A stretch of DNA of 64,000 nucleotides, from contig CATNEN010000007.1 in the NCBI GenBank assembly GCA_950097015.1, positions 5,146,001-5,210,000 on the forward strand, written 5' to 3'. The number at the start of each line of letters is the position of its first letter. The first letter of the stretch is position 1. The notes beneath the pieces are model-generated. The model searched no databases. It was not told where the DNA came from and was given only the letters and a program-made list of their open reading frames with translations. A program made the position numbers and the translations under genes. This DNA is from Macrostomum hystrix (Eukaryota; Animalia; Platyhelminthes). This document shows positions 11,553 to 24,845 of this stretch, piece after piece.

Positions 11553-12499
11553 TCCAACACTGACCTGTAGCATACGATAATCTCAGTTTTCGCAGCCCGG
11601 TGCTAGATCCCTGCACAAGTACAGGAACCCTCTTTCTAGGTGAAAGCCTTCGGTAATCCTTCACTGAGCCATAAAAGTGATTATGGCTCTGGACTGAGCT
11701 ACATTATGCTTGATTCCTCTTTGAAAGCGAAGCCAGTGTAGATTAGCAAGCGATTCTCAGGGGCTTAGACTTAATAAATGCCTCTTGCAAACTACCAGTT
11801 GCATCACGCACCTGTCTGTTGCTTACCTGGCCCACTGTGATCAATGAAGTAGCTCGATATAGGTAGTTAAATTAGTTTGAAGACTGTGCATTTTTTGTTA
11901 ATAAACTGAAAGTCAAGGACATGAGCATAGCTAAGGTGTGCTCAATCCTAGTTAATATATTTTCTATGAAACAAAAAATAACAAAATCGTGCCGTTATTT
12001 TAGCATTGGTTTGAGCATCAAACGAATAGAACGAGCGGCTCGCAGTTTTCTTAGAAAAGTTTTATTTATAAAAAAGTCCGTTAGCTTTGCGGCGAGAGTT
12101 AAATAGCACGTTTTCGCTTCAGTTGACAACCAGAGAATATGTGTTTCGAATAAGGAAGATCATTAATCTGAGCCACTTGGTAAACACCGCGCTCAGAGAG
12201 ACAAAATAAATTGCTGGCACACAAAAAACTATCCACTAGAGGAAGCACGCACTGAAGGGACACTGCAACAAAGCATCTCGGGCAAACAGACAGAATAGGC
12301 TTATATTCAATCAAAGAATACTATCATTTTTTAAGACAAATGGAAAGCGGGATTTACTTTAATCTTCCGATTTGTTTTAAACAAAGCTAGCGCCCCTTCG
12401 TTGACTTTGAGTTGAAATTGAAGTTAAAAACAGATTCTAACAAATACTTCGTTACGGCACCAGTACCTGCATGCTATGAAAAAATCATATGCATAACAT

Positions 12500-12665
12500 C
12501 AGTAATTCAATCTGCTTGTTCCAAGGCCTTCATAACATCAGTACACTCGTAACTGGGTCCACACTCTGCAGGGGCATGAAGGGAGCTCCATGTCGGGTGA
12601 AACACTTTAGCCCATCGGGCAAACAACAAACGCCCCTTGAAGGAGGAGGGCAGCTTGAATTACTG
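12500..12665. repeat. 165-bp segment bounded by 16-bp inverted repeats (CAGTAATTCAA.CTGC); possible small MITE in the CCDC151 3' region
   Basis: CAGTAATTCAATCTGC ... GCAGCTTGAATTACTG; no clear TSD. Confidence 0.4.
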
Positions 12666-12806
12666 AGGTTGAGTTTGTGAACCTCTAAACGGAACCTGGC
12701 CAAGAAGCATGTACTTCTCAGATTGATGTCATTCGCCTGGAACCAGAGCAAAGCAAAGTTCAAATCAGTTTAGAGCAGTCAGTTTTCGAAAGCGCTCAAA
12801 TCCGCT

Positions 12807-15247
12807 TCACTTCTTGGCCTTCTTCTTCCGCGCCACTCGCTTCTTGGTCTTCTGGTCGATGAGCTGCTGCGACTGCTTCTTGACCGCCGCCCGGGACAGA
12901 ACCTCGCCGTCATCCTCAGCCGACTCCGAGTCATCGTCGTAGCCCTTGTCCCGGCTCTGGCCGGCCAGGCTGATCCGGACATTGTGTTGCGGCAGCTTGG
13001 ACTCTACCTGCTGACTGAACTCCTCGGCCCGCATCTTGCGCAGCTCAGCGTCGACATCCTCCTTCTCCAGCTCCTCCATGAGCTTCAGCAGGCGCTCCTC
13101 GCACTTGCCCAGCACGTCGAGCACGTACGCGTCGCTGGACGGATCGATCTGGGCCTGCGGAGCGTGGCTGCGAACCACCTTGATGTGCGACAGCTTCTCG
13201 TGCAGATGGTCAACCCCGGCCTTGCACTGCACCAGCACCTTGGAGGCGGATTCCAGATCCTGGTCCACCGCCACCTTTTCCTCCTCCTCGCGGCGCAGCT
13301 GGCTCTGGTAGTTCTCCAGGATTTTCTGGCCGGAGCTGAGCTTGCACTCGCCGGAGTACTTCACGTCGTCGAATTGAGTCTTCAGCGCGTCCCGGTCGGC
13401 GCGCAGCTTTTGCGCATCCTTCTCGGAGCTCTTCTTCAGCTCCTCGAGGTGCTCGCGCGTGGAGCCCTGATTCTCGAAGCGGGTGACGACCTCGTTCAGA
13501 TCGCTGACGCCCGTGGCCTCCTTGATTCGCTTGAAAGCCTCCTGCAGATCCGTGATCTTCTCCTGCTGGCCGTCGCCCAACGATGAGGAGGTCCTCTCTG
13601 GCCCCTGGTCCTGGGTGGAGTCGCGCTGGGCCTGACGGCGCTCCATCTTCTCGTACTGCAGCCGCTTCTCGTCCGCCTCGGACTTCAGCCGGTGGATCTC
13701 CTGCTCCCGGCGCTTGCGCTCCGTGTAGACCGTCTCCTCCATCTTCTTGAGCTTTTGAGCCGCCTCCTCCTTGCCTGGAGATTTTGAGTAGTGGGAAAAT
13801 TAGAAAATGAGTAGTCTTCGAGTAGTCCTAGACTTGTCCTAGATTTCGAAGCTGCTGAGTACACGCTAATCCGCTCGTTATCCTCAACAGCCGGGATATC
13901 AGGGGCGGTCACCATGGCTCTGTACAACCAGAGCTGATTTTATGTTTTTCTCATGGCCTTCAAAAGAGCATCGCTCCACCTCTTGGACACAGGCTGGTCT
14001 ATCGGATCTCCCTGTGAGGTGACACTGCAGCTCTAGCTGCATTTCTAAACGGCATCCGGACTGCTAGACTGTAATTGCCTTCTGCAGCTAGGTCAATTGA
14101 ACGCCTTCTTAAGGGCCTTACGAAAGCGGAATAACGTCTTCAAAAGCAGGAATTTCTTGGATTCCTGTAAATTGACCTGTCTTTAAATCTAATTCTACCC
14201 TGCTTGGACTTGGAGAGATTGCAGGTAAACCAAGAGGTCCAGAGTTCGAATCTCAACTCATTGTGCCCGGTGAAACAATGTGTGTCCTTGAACAAGACGC
14301 TTAATTTTTATTGCTTCGATTCACCCAACTGAAAAATGGCTGGCAGCATTAAATTTGGGTGGAATTGGAAGTCCACAGACCTTGGACCGAGTACGAGTAC
14401 ACAGTCTTCTAATGCGCCGTAGTAAGTGTCACTTTGTATGTTTTGTATGTTTGTATGTCGAACGAAGACGTAAATTTTCGCTCGATTAAATTTTTTGTCA
14501 TTTCTATTCATATTAAGTCTTAGCTAGCCCCACTTGACACACTTGGCACAGCAACTCAGAGAAATTCGGTGAGCAGGGAACAGAAAATGACTCACTCCGA
14601 TTGGCTTCTGCTTCGGTGCGCTCCAGCTCGCTGATCTCCTCGCGGCCCTCGCGAATCTCCTTCTCCATGGCGTCCAGCGTGTTGCCGAAGCTCAGGTGGT
14701 CTTCCTGCAGGCGGGACTTGATCTGCTCGTAGGTGCGCTTGATGTGCTCAGCTTCCTTCAGCTTCATGTTGGTCTTGTCCATCTTGTTCTCGAGGTCGCG
14801 CAGACGGCGGCCCTCGTAGGACTCGCCCTCCTCTGTGGCCTTGGCTTCCTCCGCGTCCTGTTCCATCTCCTTGTTCTCGCGCTGCAGCTCCTCGAGCTTC
14901 CGCTGCTTGACCTCGGTCATGTGCTTCAGTGCGTTCAGCTTCTTCTTGGTGTCGCTGACCTTATAGTCCATCGTCTGGATGGCGTCGCGGCCAGTCTTGT
15001 TGGACAGAGCCGCCCGTTCAACTGGGCGGTCCTGAAAGGCCTGGTTAATCACATGATCGTCAGCAGACAGCCTGTCCTTGAGCTGCTTCCGCAAGTCTTT
15101 GTTCTCCTTGCGCAGCTGCGCAATCTTCTCCTTGTTTTGCTTCTGTGTGTAATAGCTGTTCTCATAGTATGCCTTTCTGTCGCCCTCCAGTAGGTTGATT
15201 TTATTTCTCAGCTCCTCAACCTTCTCTGACAGGGGTCGTTCTGTCAT
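12807..15247 (-). CDS. CCDC151: Outer dynein arm docking complex subunit 3 (coiled-coil domain-containing 151); exons 15247-14596 and 13774-12807 (539 aa)
   Basis: The N-terminus VEELRNKINLLEGDRKAYYENS matches the CCDC151 signature as I recall it (LQRKIQLLEGDRKAFFESS). The protein is a long coiled coil. The A|GTGAGT...TCTCCAG|GC junction keeps frame (1620 nt total). Confidence 0.9.
14200..14440 (+). mobile_element. Diverged tRNA/CORE-like SINE in the CCDC151 intron
   Basis: B-box GAGTTCGAATCTC, then TGTGTCCTTGAACAAGACGCTTAA...CACCCAACTGAAAAATGG, and a TGTATGT simple tail. Confidence 0.65.
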
Positions 15248-16033
15248 TTTTATGCAGGTTTTTGCTGAAAAAATGGTTTTTGAGTAAAATTGGATCAAAA
15301 TTTTACTTTCTATTTTTAATTAGTACAAACCTAATGACTGATAGAAGAATTTAAAAATTATATGTTAAAGCAGTTTGTTTATGCAAAATGACTGTGCTCT
15401 AATGGTTTAATGACTTTTTGTTTAATTTAGCATTAGTGGTGGATGGTGGATGGACCAGTATGGGGGGAGATATTCATGTAAACTTGAAAAAACACACCTT
15501 AATAAGTCTTTTGAAATAAGATCAGATAGTGAATAAAAGAAAGAAAAAAATATTTATTGTAATCAAAAAATTATACATCCCGTTGGATGCAAAATAGAAA
15601 AGTTAAATCGGACAACAAAGAGAAGCATGTGTTTATCTACTTGATTGCATTAGTTGGTTTTAGTTATGTTTCTTTTACAATCACTATCCACTGTCAGCTG
15701 CTATATAAAATCTTTATTGAATGGCCAGGAATATTTTTCTTAACACATAACGAAGTATTGATAGACTAATCAAATAAAAACAAAGGGACATCGTGTCAAT
15801 GACAATGACAGACTCATAAAAGAAGTAAAAATCTAAAAAAGCTTATTTCTATAATAAATATTTTCTTTTCCAATTTCCAAGTATGCTTTATTGAACAAAC
15901 TAAACTACAGCGATCAGTTGATTGCAATTGCAAACAGTCCAAACATTTGGTATTAACGTTAAATATTGCAAAATAATGTCCCGCTTAGTCAGTCAGCAAA
16001 AAGCTTGTTTCATTTGCAATCTAAAAACGCATT

Positions 16034-16047
16034 GTTGCTATAGTAGC
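16034..16047. promoter_or_regulatory. RFX X-box-like site GTTGCTATAGTAGC upstream of CCDC151
   Basis: Near match to GTTNCYATRGNAAC, about 790 bp 5' of the ATG of a motile-cilium gene. Confidence 0.45.
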
Positions 16048-17454
16048 AATGTTTTTTTAAACAAAGGTTAACAATTTTTTAGGTTTTGTAGTATTAAGTA
16101 AAGAATTAATAACAAAAACTATTTAAAAGACATTTACTGATTAAATAATTACATCTATTGTTGAATTTTTCAAAATAAATGTACTTCTGAACGACTTTAG
16201 TCTTAACTTTCTTACTTGTCGCTTCTCATCTAGGATTCGAGGTGACGACCCTATCAATCTATAACCTGATCTGTTAAACGAGAAGTGTTTATTTTATTTT
16301 ATGCCATTTGTTAATCCTAAAAACTTTCTGTTTCTGGATTCTTTATATTACTGTATACAGACTTGATACTACAAGTGTAGTCTATAAGATAAAGTAGAAA
16401 GAGGTTTCTTTTCATTGTCTTGCTAGATTTGGCCTATCTAAACCTAATTCAACCTATTTCTCTTTTTGTTGCCGTCTATGTAGATATTCATTCTCCGAAC
16501 TTGTAGTCCTATGATTTTTAGTTAAGAAAATCGTAACACATCCGCTATCTCATCTATAGCTATATCTCATCTATTGCTAGGCCTGTCTTATCTGCTATAA
16601 ACTTGTCTTTGAATGAAATATTGCAAGTACAAGTACAAGGCCATCAAATCAAATGCTGTGTGCAGATTATGCAGTATGCAGATGCATGGTACTCTCTAGC
16701 CAACTCACCCTTTATATTCATGATTTAGCAAGATGTCTCGTGTGCATGGCAGGGCAGCACTTCACTAAAAACAAAAAGTAGGTAGGCCTATGCCCATGTA
16801 TTAATTCATTCAAGTTGTTCAAATTACTAAAAAATCTGCTTATCTTCCATCTGCATACTGGCATGATACTAATAGCAAGGAGTTTAATTTCTTCTTATTT
16901 CAGTTAAAGCCAATTTGGCCAAGTTATCTGCTCATGAATCTCAATTGCCTACATAAAAGTCAACTTGTCTGTTAGAAGACAAGATGATGGCAGAGACTGG
17001 AACCTATATTACTAACAAACATACTCCTATTAGCTAATATAATAATACTAATATTATCTAGGATCAAAATATGCATTTATAAGTTTAAAAATGTAAAACC
17101 ACATTCTATCTTTAAAAAAGATTAATTATAATTTATGTTGGTTTTTTTAATTAGTTTTGTTAGTTTGTAATTTAGTAGCAAATAGTATCAATAAACAAGT
17201 ATATTTCAAATAAAATAATATTTTACTGCTGTCTTACTCAGCATAAAAAGCCCAAAGCTTCTTTTTAATATGGTTTCTATTATTATTTATATCATTTATA
17301 TATCATTCATTTACATCATCTGTATATCACTGCAATTTTTAATTCACTTTTAAATGGCTTTCTTTCTTAGTCTCTGAAAACAGTTTGTTATTTTTTATAA
17401 TATAAAGTCCAGTTTGTTGAATTAATATTTTTGTGCAGCTTGCAGGTCACCAAA

Positions 17455-20400
17455 ATGATGATTGCTAGCACACAATTCAATGCCACAGAGGATATGATTC
17501 TGCATGTGCCATATCCTAGCAAGCAACCAGTCTATCTTAAAGATGATCAGCCGGGAGTTTTTACTACTCCAATAATTCAGACAGTCAAGCCAGACTCTGG
17601 CAGTGAGCACCATGGTGGATTGTCCCATTTTGTGCTGTTTGTCATCATTCCTCTGCTGATCCTACTGTTCCTACTGTTTATTGGCTTTGTGGTGAGTTGT
17701 CTGTGACTATAACTATATGAACAATAGGTTTTGATCCCAAGAAATGACACAATTTGCACAAGATCCCACCCATTTTTAGACTAGAACTGAGAGATCCCAT
17801 CCAACTAGTTCTTAAAGATCCCATCCAACTAGTTCTTGGAGATCCCATCCAACTAGCCATTGAAGATCCCATCCAACTAGCCATTGAAGATCCCATCCAA
17901 CTAGTTCTTGGAGATCCCATCCAACTAGCCATTGAAGATCCCATCCAGCTAGCCATTGAAGATCCCATCCAACTAGTTCTTGGAGATCCCATCCAACTAG
18001 TTCTTGGAGATCCCATCCAACTAGCCATTGAAGATCCCATCCAAATAGTTCTTAAAGATCCCATCCAACTAGTTCTTAAAGATCCCATCCAACTAGTTCT
18101 TGGAGATCCCATCCAACTAGTTCTTGGAGATCCCATCCAACTAGTTCTTGGAGATCCCATCCAACTAGTTCTTGGAGATCCCATCCAACTAGCCATTGGA
18201 GATCCCATCCAACTAGTTCTTGGAGATCCCATCCAACTAGTTCTTGGAGATCCCATCCAACTAGTTCTTAAAGATCCCATCCAACTAGTTCTTGGAGATC
18301 CCATCCAACTAGTTCTTGGTGATCCCATCCAACTAGCCATTGGAGATCCCATCCAACTAGTTCTTAAAGATCCCATCCAACTAGTTCTTGGAGATCCCAT
18401 CCAACTAGCCATTGAAGATCCCATCCAACTAGCCATTAAAGATCCCATCCAACTAGTTCTTCGAGATCCCATCCAACTAGTTCTTGGAGATCCCATCCAA
18501 CTAGCCATTGAAGATCCCATCCAAATAGTTCTTGGAGATCCCATCCAACAGTTCTTGGAGATCCCACCCAACTAGCTCTGATAGATCCCACCCAACTAGC
18601 TCTGATAGATTCCACCCAACTAGCTCTGATAGATCCCACCCAACTAGCTCTGATAGATCCCATGCAACTAGCTCTGATAGATCCCATGCAACTAGCTCTG
18701 ATAAATCCCATGCAACTAGCTCTGATAGATCCCATGCAACTAGCTGTGATAGATCCCATGCAACTAGCTCTGATAGATCCCATGCAACTAGCTCTGATAG
18801 ATCCCATGCAACTAGCTCTGATAGATCCCATGCAACTAGCTCTGATAGATCCCATGCAACTAGCTCTGATAGATCCCATGCAACTAGCTCTGATAGATCC
18901 CATCCAACTAGCTCTGATAGATCTTATCCAACTAGCTCTGATAGATCCCATGCAACTAGCTCTGATAGATCCCATGCAACTAGCTCTGATAGATCCCATG
19001 CAACTAGCTCTGATAGATCCCATGCAACTAGCTCTGATAGATCCCATGCAACTAGCTCTGATAGATCCCATCCAACTAGCTCTGATAGATCTTATCCAAC
19101 TAGCTCTGATAGATCCCATCCAACTAGCTCTGATAGATCCCATGCAACTAGCTCTGATAGATCCTATGCAACTAGCTCTGATAGATCCCATGCAACTAGC
19201 TCTGATAGATCCCATCCAACTAGCTCTGATAGATCCCATCCAACTAGCTCTGATAGATCCCATCCAACTAGCTCTGATAGATCCCATGCAACTAGCTCTG
19301 ATAGATCCTATGCAACTAGCTCTGATAGATCCCATCCAACTAGCTCTGATAGATCCCATGCAACTAGCTCTGATAGATCCCATGCAACTAGCTCTGATAG
19401 ATCCCATGCAACTAGCTCTGATAGATCCCATGCAACTAGCTCTGATAGATCCCATGCAACTAGCTCTGATAGATCCCATCCAACTAGCTCTGATAGATCC
19501 CACCCAACTAGCTCTGATAGATCCCATGCAACTAGCTCTGATAGATCCCATGCAACTAGCTCTGATAGATCCCATGCAACTAGCTCTGATAGATCTTATC
19601 CAACTAGCTCTGATAGATCCCATGCAACTAGCTCTGATAGATCTTATCCAACTAGCTCTGATAGATCCTATGCAACTAGCTCTGATAGATCCCATCCAAC
19701 TAGCTCTGATAGATCCTATCCAACTAGCTCTGATAGATCCCATGCAACTAGCTCTGATAGATCCTATCCAACTAGCTCTGATAGATCCTATCCAACTAGC
19801 TCTGATAGATCCTATCCAACTAGCTCTGATAGATCCCATCCAACTAGCTCTGATAGATCTTATCCAACTAGCTCTGATAGATCCCATGCAACTAGCTCTG
19901 ATAGATCCTATGCAACTAGCTCTGATAGATCCCATGCAACTAGCTCTGATAGATCCCATCCAACTAGCTCTGATAGATCCCATCCAACTAGCTCTGATAG
20001 ATCCCATCCAACTAGCTCTGATAGATCCCATGCAACTAGCTCTGATAGATCCTATGCAACTAGCTCTGATAGATCCCATCCAACTAGCTCTGATAGATCC
20101 CATGCAACTAGCTCTGATAGATCCCATGCAACTAGCTCTGATAGATCCCATCCAACTAGCTCTGATAGATCCCACCCAACTAGCTCTGATAGATCCCATG
20201 CAACTAGCTCTGATAGATCCCATGCAACTAGCTCTGATAGATCCCATGCAACTAGCTCTGATAGATCTTATCCAACTAGCTCTGATAGATCCCATGCAAC
20301 TAGCTCTGATAGATCTTATCCAACTAGCTCTGATAGATCCTATGCAACTAGCTCTGATAGATCCCATCCAACTAGCTCTGATAGATCCTATCCAACTAGC

Positions 20401-23400
20401 TCTGATAGATCCCATGCAACTAGCTCTGATAGATCCTATCCAACTAGCTCTGATAGATCCTATCCAACTAGCTCTGATAGATCCTATCCAACTAGCTCTG
20501 ATAGATCCCATGCAACTAGCTCTGATAGATCCCATGCAACTAGCTCTGATAGATCCCATGCAACTAGCTCTGATAGATCCCATGCAACTAGCTCTGATAG
20601 ATCTTATCCAACTAGCTCTGATAGATCCTATGCAACTAGCTCTGATAGATCCCATCCAACTAGCTCTGATAGATCCTATCCAACTAGCTCTGATAGATCC
20701 CATGCAACTAGCTCTGATAGATCCTATCCAACTAGCTCTGATAGATCCTATCCAACTAGCTCTGATAGATCCTATCCAACTAGCTCTGATAGATCCCATG
20801 CAACTAGCTCTGATAGATCCCATGCAACTAGCTCTGATAGATCCCATGCAACTAGCTCTGATAGATCCCATGCAACTAGCTCTGATAGATCTTATCCAAC
20901 TAGCTCTGATAGATCCTATGCAACTAGCTCTGATAGATCCCATCCAACTAGCTCTGATAGATCCTATCCAACTAGCTCTGATAGATCCCATGCAACTAGC
21001 TCTGATAGATCCTATCCAACTAGCTCTGATAGATCCTATCCAACTAGCTCTGATAGATCCTATCCAACTAGCTCTGATAGATCCTATCCAACTAGCTCTG
21101 ATAGATCCCATGCAACTAGCTCTGATAGATACCATGCAACTAGCTCTGATAGATCCCATGCAACTAGCTCTGATAGATCCCATGCAACTAGCTCTGATAG
21201 ATCCCATCCAACTAGCTCTGATAGATCTTATCCAACTAGCTCTGATAGATCCCATGCAACTAGCTCTGATAGATCCTATGCAACTAGCTCTGATAGATAC
21301 CATGCAACTAGCTCTGATAGATCCCATGCAACTAGCTCTGATAGATCCCATGCAACTAGCTCTGATAGATCCCATGCAACTAGCTCTGATAGATACCATG
21401 CAACTAGCTCTGATAGATCCTATGCAACTAGCTCTGATAGATCCCATGCAACTAGCTCTGATAGATCCCATGCAACTAGCTCTGATAGATCCCATGCAAC
21501 TAGCTCTGATAGATCCCATGCAACTAGCTCTGATAGATCCTATGCAACTAGCTCTGATAGATCCCATGCAACTAGCTCTGATAGATCCCATCCAACTAGC
21601 TCTGATAGATCTTATCCAACTAGCTCTGATAGATCCCATGCAACTAGCTCTGATAGATCCTATGCAACTAGCTCTGAGATCCCATCCAACTAGCTCTGAT
21701 AGATCCCATGCAACTAGCTCTGATAGATCCCATCCAACTAGCTCTGATAGATCCTATGCAACTAGCTCTGATAGATCCCATCCAACTAGTGTACTCACTA
21801 CTCACTTACAAAAGGATCCCACAGCAACTTATTTCAGTTCTTTGACTCTCCAAAAATGCAGCCTAAAGCATAGACTTAGCATATTCGACAAAATGTTCTT
21901 AATTATCAGCAAGTACTTTTGAGCCATACGACTGCTGATTCTGTTTAGAAGCAGGAATGAGCGAGCTAGCCCTGTAGCAGAAAACGCCATCTTAAATTTT
22001 GCTAACACGGCTTCCTCTTTGAAGGGTATTAAAGCAAGCCTAAAAGCTGGCTGGGCTAGAATCATGCTGCAAACAGCGTTAACGGCAAATTAGCTGCTCC
22101 TTAGAAACCCACCGCCCCGACTTTCTGATTCATAATTGGATGCTTTTTCGAGGAAATAATCGTACTGTGATATATATATGTGTATGTATGTGTACTATTA
22201 TGCATGCACTGAAGTCTCTGAAGTAGCAGCGGTTTAATTACAAAAGTATCTCGTTTGTCCTATAATTTATAAGTCCGGGGCCTTGTGTTGAAGGGCCGTG
22301 GGGTCAATTCGATGTAAATTATGCACAACCAATTTTCATTCGTCCCAACTGGCCAGCCTGACTTACTGAATGTGCCGCGCGAATTTTCTCCCCCCTCCCA
22401 ATGAAAGAGAGAGGAAGAAGAGAGATAGGCGGAGAGGTAGGGGAAGTTAATAAAAAAATCCCACAAACTCGTTCGCTTGAATCCTCTTCGAGTCCTTTGC
22501 TTTTTGTATTTTCTTCATTTTCTGTTTAGCAAAAGTGATTGCTTGAGTAGAACTGCCTTGTGATGTTTGTTTGCTTGCCTGCTTCATAGATTACAAGTCC
22601 TCTAGTTATCTATATGAGTGGGTTGAGAGTTGCTATCGACTGAATGGCTTAAAAATCATAGGAATTGCCTGATTTCACCAGAGATTGCAGATGTGGGACT
22701 CAAGCAGGCACCGCAGATTAAATGGAAACAATTATGATACATAAGATAGAAATTACATCTAAGACAGTTGGAGCAGCTGTACAGACGGTGGCACCCCCAG
22801 CTTGGCAACTTTTGCTCGGCGATTCCTACGGTTGTGTACTTAGGAAGTCCGTGGACTTCAGCTCAGTCCGTGGACTGGTAAGACCGCCAAACCCACCCGA
22901 AATTCTGCCCCCCCCCCGCTAATTTTACAGTTGGTTGAACATAGGGGCTTGAAAAAAGTTGTCTTGCAGAAGGACATAAATTGTCTCCATTGGGCTGAGA
23001 TTCGAACTTTTGACCTCCCGATCAGAAGTCCGAAGCTCCAACTACGAGAACTTGGCTAGAAGCTCCCAGTCACAGTGGATCATCATCTGCACCAATAGGG
23101 CCAGATGTGCAGCCGACAGCACAGCCGCAGCTATTGCGCGGCGCATCTGAAAGCTGCGTACAGCTGTTCAGTCCATGGACTGGGGGGACCCCACACCCAC
23201 CTTCAATTATCCCAGCTAATGCTGGTGCCCATTTAACAGCTGGGGTGAACTGAAACAATGCAGAGTTACGTGTCTAGCTAAAGGACACAATTTGTTCCAG
23301 TGGAGTCGGGAATCGAACCCCTGACCTTCAAGTCATGAGTCCGACGCTCTAACCACAAAGCTACAACCTCTTAACTGATTCTAAGCTGATTTAGGATGCC

Positions 23401-23701
23401 ATTTGGGATATTTGACGCGCTGCCCCTCTCCCGCAACCCACCTGGGCAGGTGGTGCTGTGCATGCGGAAGCTGCGCCTGGACAAGCTGCGCCACCGCCTC
23501 ATGCCGCTGTACCAGTTCGACCCGGCCGACGCCGATCGCGAATGGGAGGCCGACCTGCTAGAGGATGAACGGGAACAGCAGCAGCGAGCTCTGCGCTCCG
23601 CTTCCACTGGCGGCGTCGGCGGAGGCGGTGGCGGCGGTCCTATAAGCGGCATCGGGGAGTCGGCCTCCATCAGCCTCTACAGAGATTCGGCGCCCGCTTG
23701 A
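17455..23701 (+). CDS. Single-pass membrane protein of the C3orf18/SMIM29 family; exons 17455-17691 and 23450-23701 (162 aa)
   Basis: TM segment VLFVIIPLLILLFLLFIGFV|VVLC is spliced in phase (GTG|GTGAGT ... CAG|GTG). It is followed by RKLRLDKLRHRLMPLYQFDP..EADLL, matching the family motif RLEKLRHQLMPMYNFDP as I recall it. Confidence 0.8.
17791..18560. repeat. 24-bp minisatellite GATCCCATCCAACTAG(TTCTTGGA/CCATTGAA/TTCTTAAA), about 32 copies, intronic
   Basis: Tandem units with three tail variants. Confidence 0.95.
18560..21790. repeat. 24-bp minisatellite GATCCCATGCAACTAGCTCTGATA, about 134 copies, intronic
   Basis: Highly homogeneous array; source of the three 1,050-1,090 aa pseudo-ORFs. 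Confidence 0.97.
22850..23050 (-). mobile_element. Degenerate SINE A-related copy in tandem with the next element
   Basis: Reverse B-box GTTCGAATCTC, TGTCCTT..GCAAGAC, and CAGTCCGTGGACTG. Confidence 0.55.
23079..23370 (-). mobile_element. Full-length SINE family A (tRNA-like head with a CAT loop, CORE-like domain)
   Basis: A box TAGCTTTGTGG, B box GGTTCGATTCC; body matches 2268-2540. Confidence 0.85.
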
Positions 23702-24399
23702 AGCGGCTAGGATTAGAGGCCTCACTAATCCGCGTGTCGCTCTGCCCCTCCCTCAGCCCCCTCGTCATCAACCGATTGTTTGCTTCGTCGATTATAAAAA
23801 GGCTCACATTTTCTTGTTCTATTTTAATCGAGCATTTCTCTAGAATCACACGCACCCACCCGCCGGATTTATTAAATTCCCGTTAATTAATTTGCTTTTG
23901 TTGTTTTAATTGCTTGAATCCGCAGAGATTGGAACTGTAGGCCCGGATTTATTTAATCAATATTCAGTTCCAATAGCCCTGTACCCGCTTCGAATATTGT
24001 GACTTGAATCTCAAACAGTAAAATGGATTTTTTATTCCTAAAGCCTCATGACATCTCCTCTATCGCTCATAGAAAGCTTTCTACGAAGTGATTTGAGCAT
24101 TGAGTCCGTACTTGACGATTTTTTCCATTTCTAATGTTCGTTAAAAACTTTTTACATTGTTTTATACAGTCACTTGCCATTTTTTCATTGCATATTTGCA
24201 AATCACCAGAAAATGTAATTTGTTGAAATATTATATGCGCGATTAAAAATATATTACTGTTGTGATCTTTTTAGTTCTTGACTTGCTGGCATAGCTACTT
24301 GTGTGTCGTTAACATTTATATTCTAAATGTGCTTATAGCATGTTGTTATTCTTTACTGAATTTTTTATGGGATAAATTGAAAGAGTGCATAGGTTTTGA

Positions 24400-24845
24400 A
24401 CGTGTTCATTGAGAAGTGGGGTTGCTAGTTTTGGAAGTGTACATTGAGGGTGGAGTTGCTCGTTTTGAAAGTACATTGGGAGTGGGGCTGTTTGTTTTAA
24501 GCGTGTACATTGATAAGTGGAGTTGCTGGTTTTGAAATTGTACATTGGGAGTGGGGTTGCTGGTTTGGAAAGTGTACATTGGGGTGAGGTTGTTTGGTTT
24601 GAACGTATACATTGAGGAGTGGGGTTGCTGGTTTGGAAAGTGTACATTGGGGTGAGGTTGTTTGGTTTGAACGTATACATTGAGGAGTGGGGTTGCTGGT
24701 TTGGAAAGTGTACATTGGGGTGAGGTTGTTTGGTTTGAACGTATACATTGAGGAGTGGGGTTGCTGGTTTGGAAAGTGTACATAGGGGTGAGGTTTGGTT
24801 TGAACGTGTACATTGGGAGTGGGGTTGCTGGTTTGGAAAGTGTGA
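24400..24845. repeat. About 68-bp (dimeric ~34 bp) G/T-rich tandem repeat
   Basis: GTACATTGGGGTGAGGTTGTTTGGTTTGAACGTATACATTGAGGAGTGGGGTTGCTGGTTTGGAAAGT, three or more exact copies plus degenerate flanks. Confidence 0.9.

Noticed and set aside
4100-11580. Pro/Ser/Thr-rich extensin- or mucin-like ORFs
   Set aside because: They are translations of the 20-bp minisatellite and give the same peptide in all three frames.
12984-15193. Antisense and alternative-frame ORFs over CCDC151, and likewise over the GPCR, zinc-finger and MPHOSPH9-like exons
   Set aside because: These are shadow ORFs caused by GC3-rich codon usage.
18436-21922. Three ORFs of more than 1,000 aa (SHATSSDR, PMQLALID and GSIRASCM repeats) as repetitive structural proteins
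   Set aside because: The 24-bp unit is stop-free in several frames by chance, and the array lies inside the intron of a phase-consistent gene.
23295-23370. tRNA-Met gene, and tRNA-like heads at 2268, 32174 and 52032
   Set aside because: Acceptor stems are incomplete and each head continues into a shared dispersed-repeat body, so these are SINEs.
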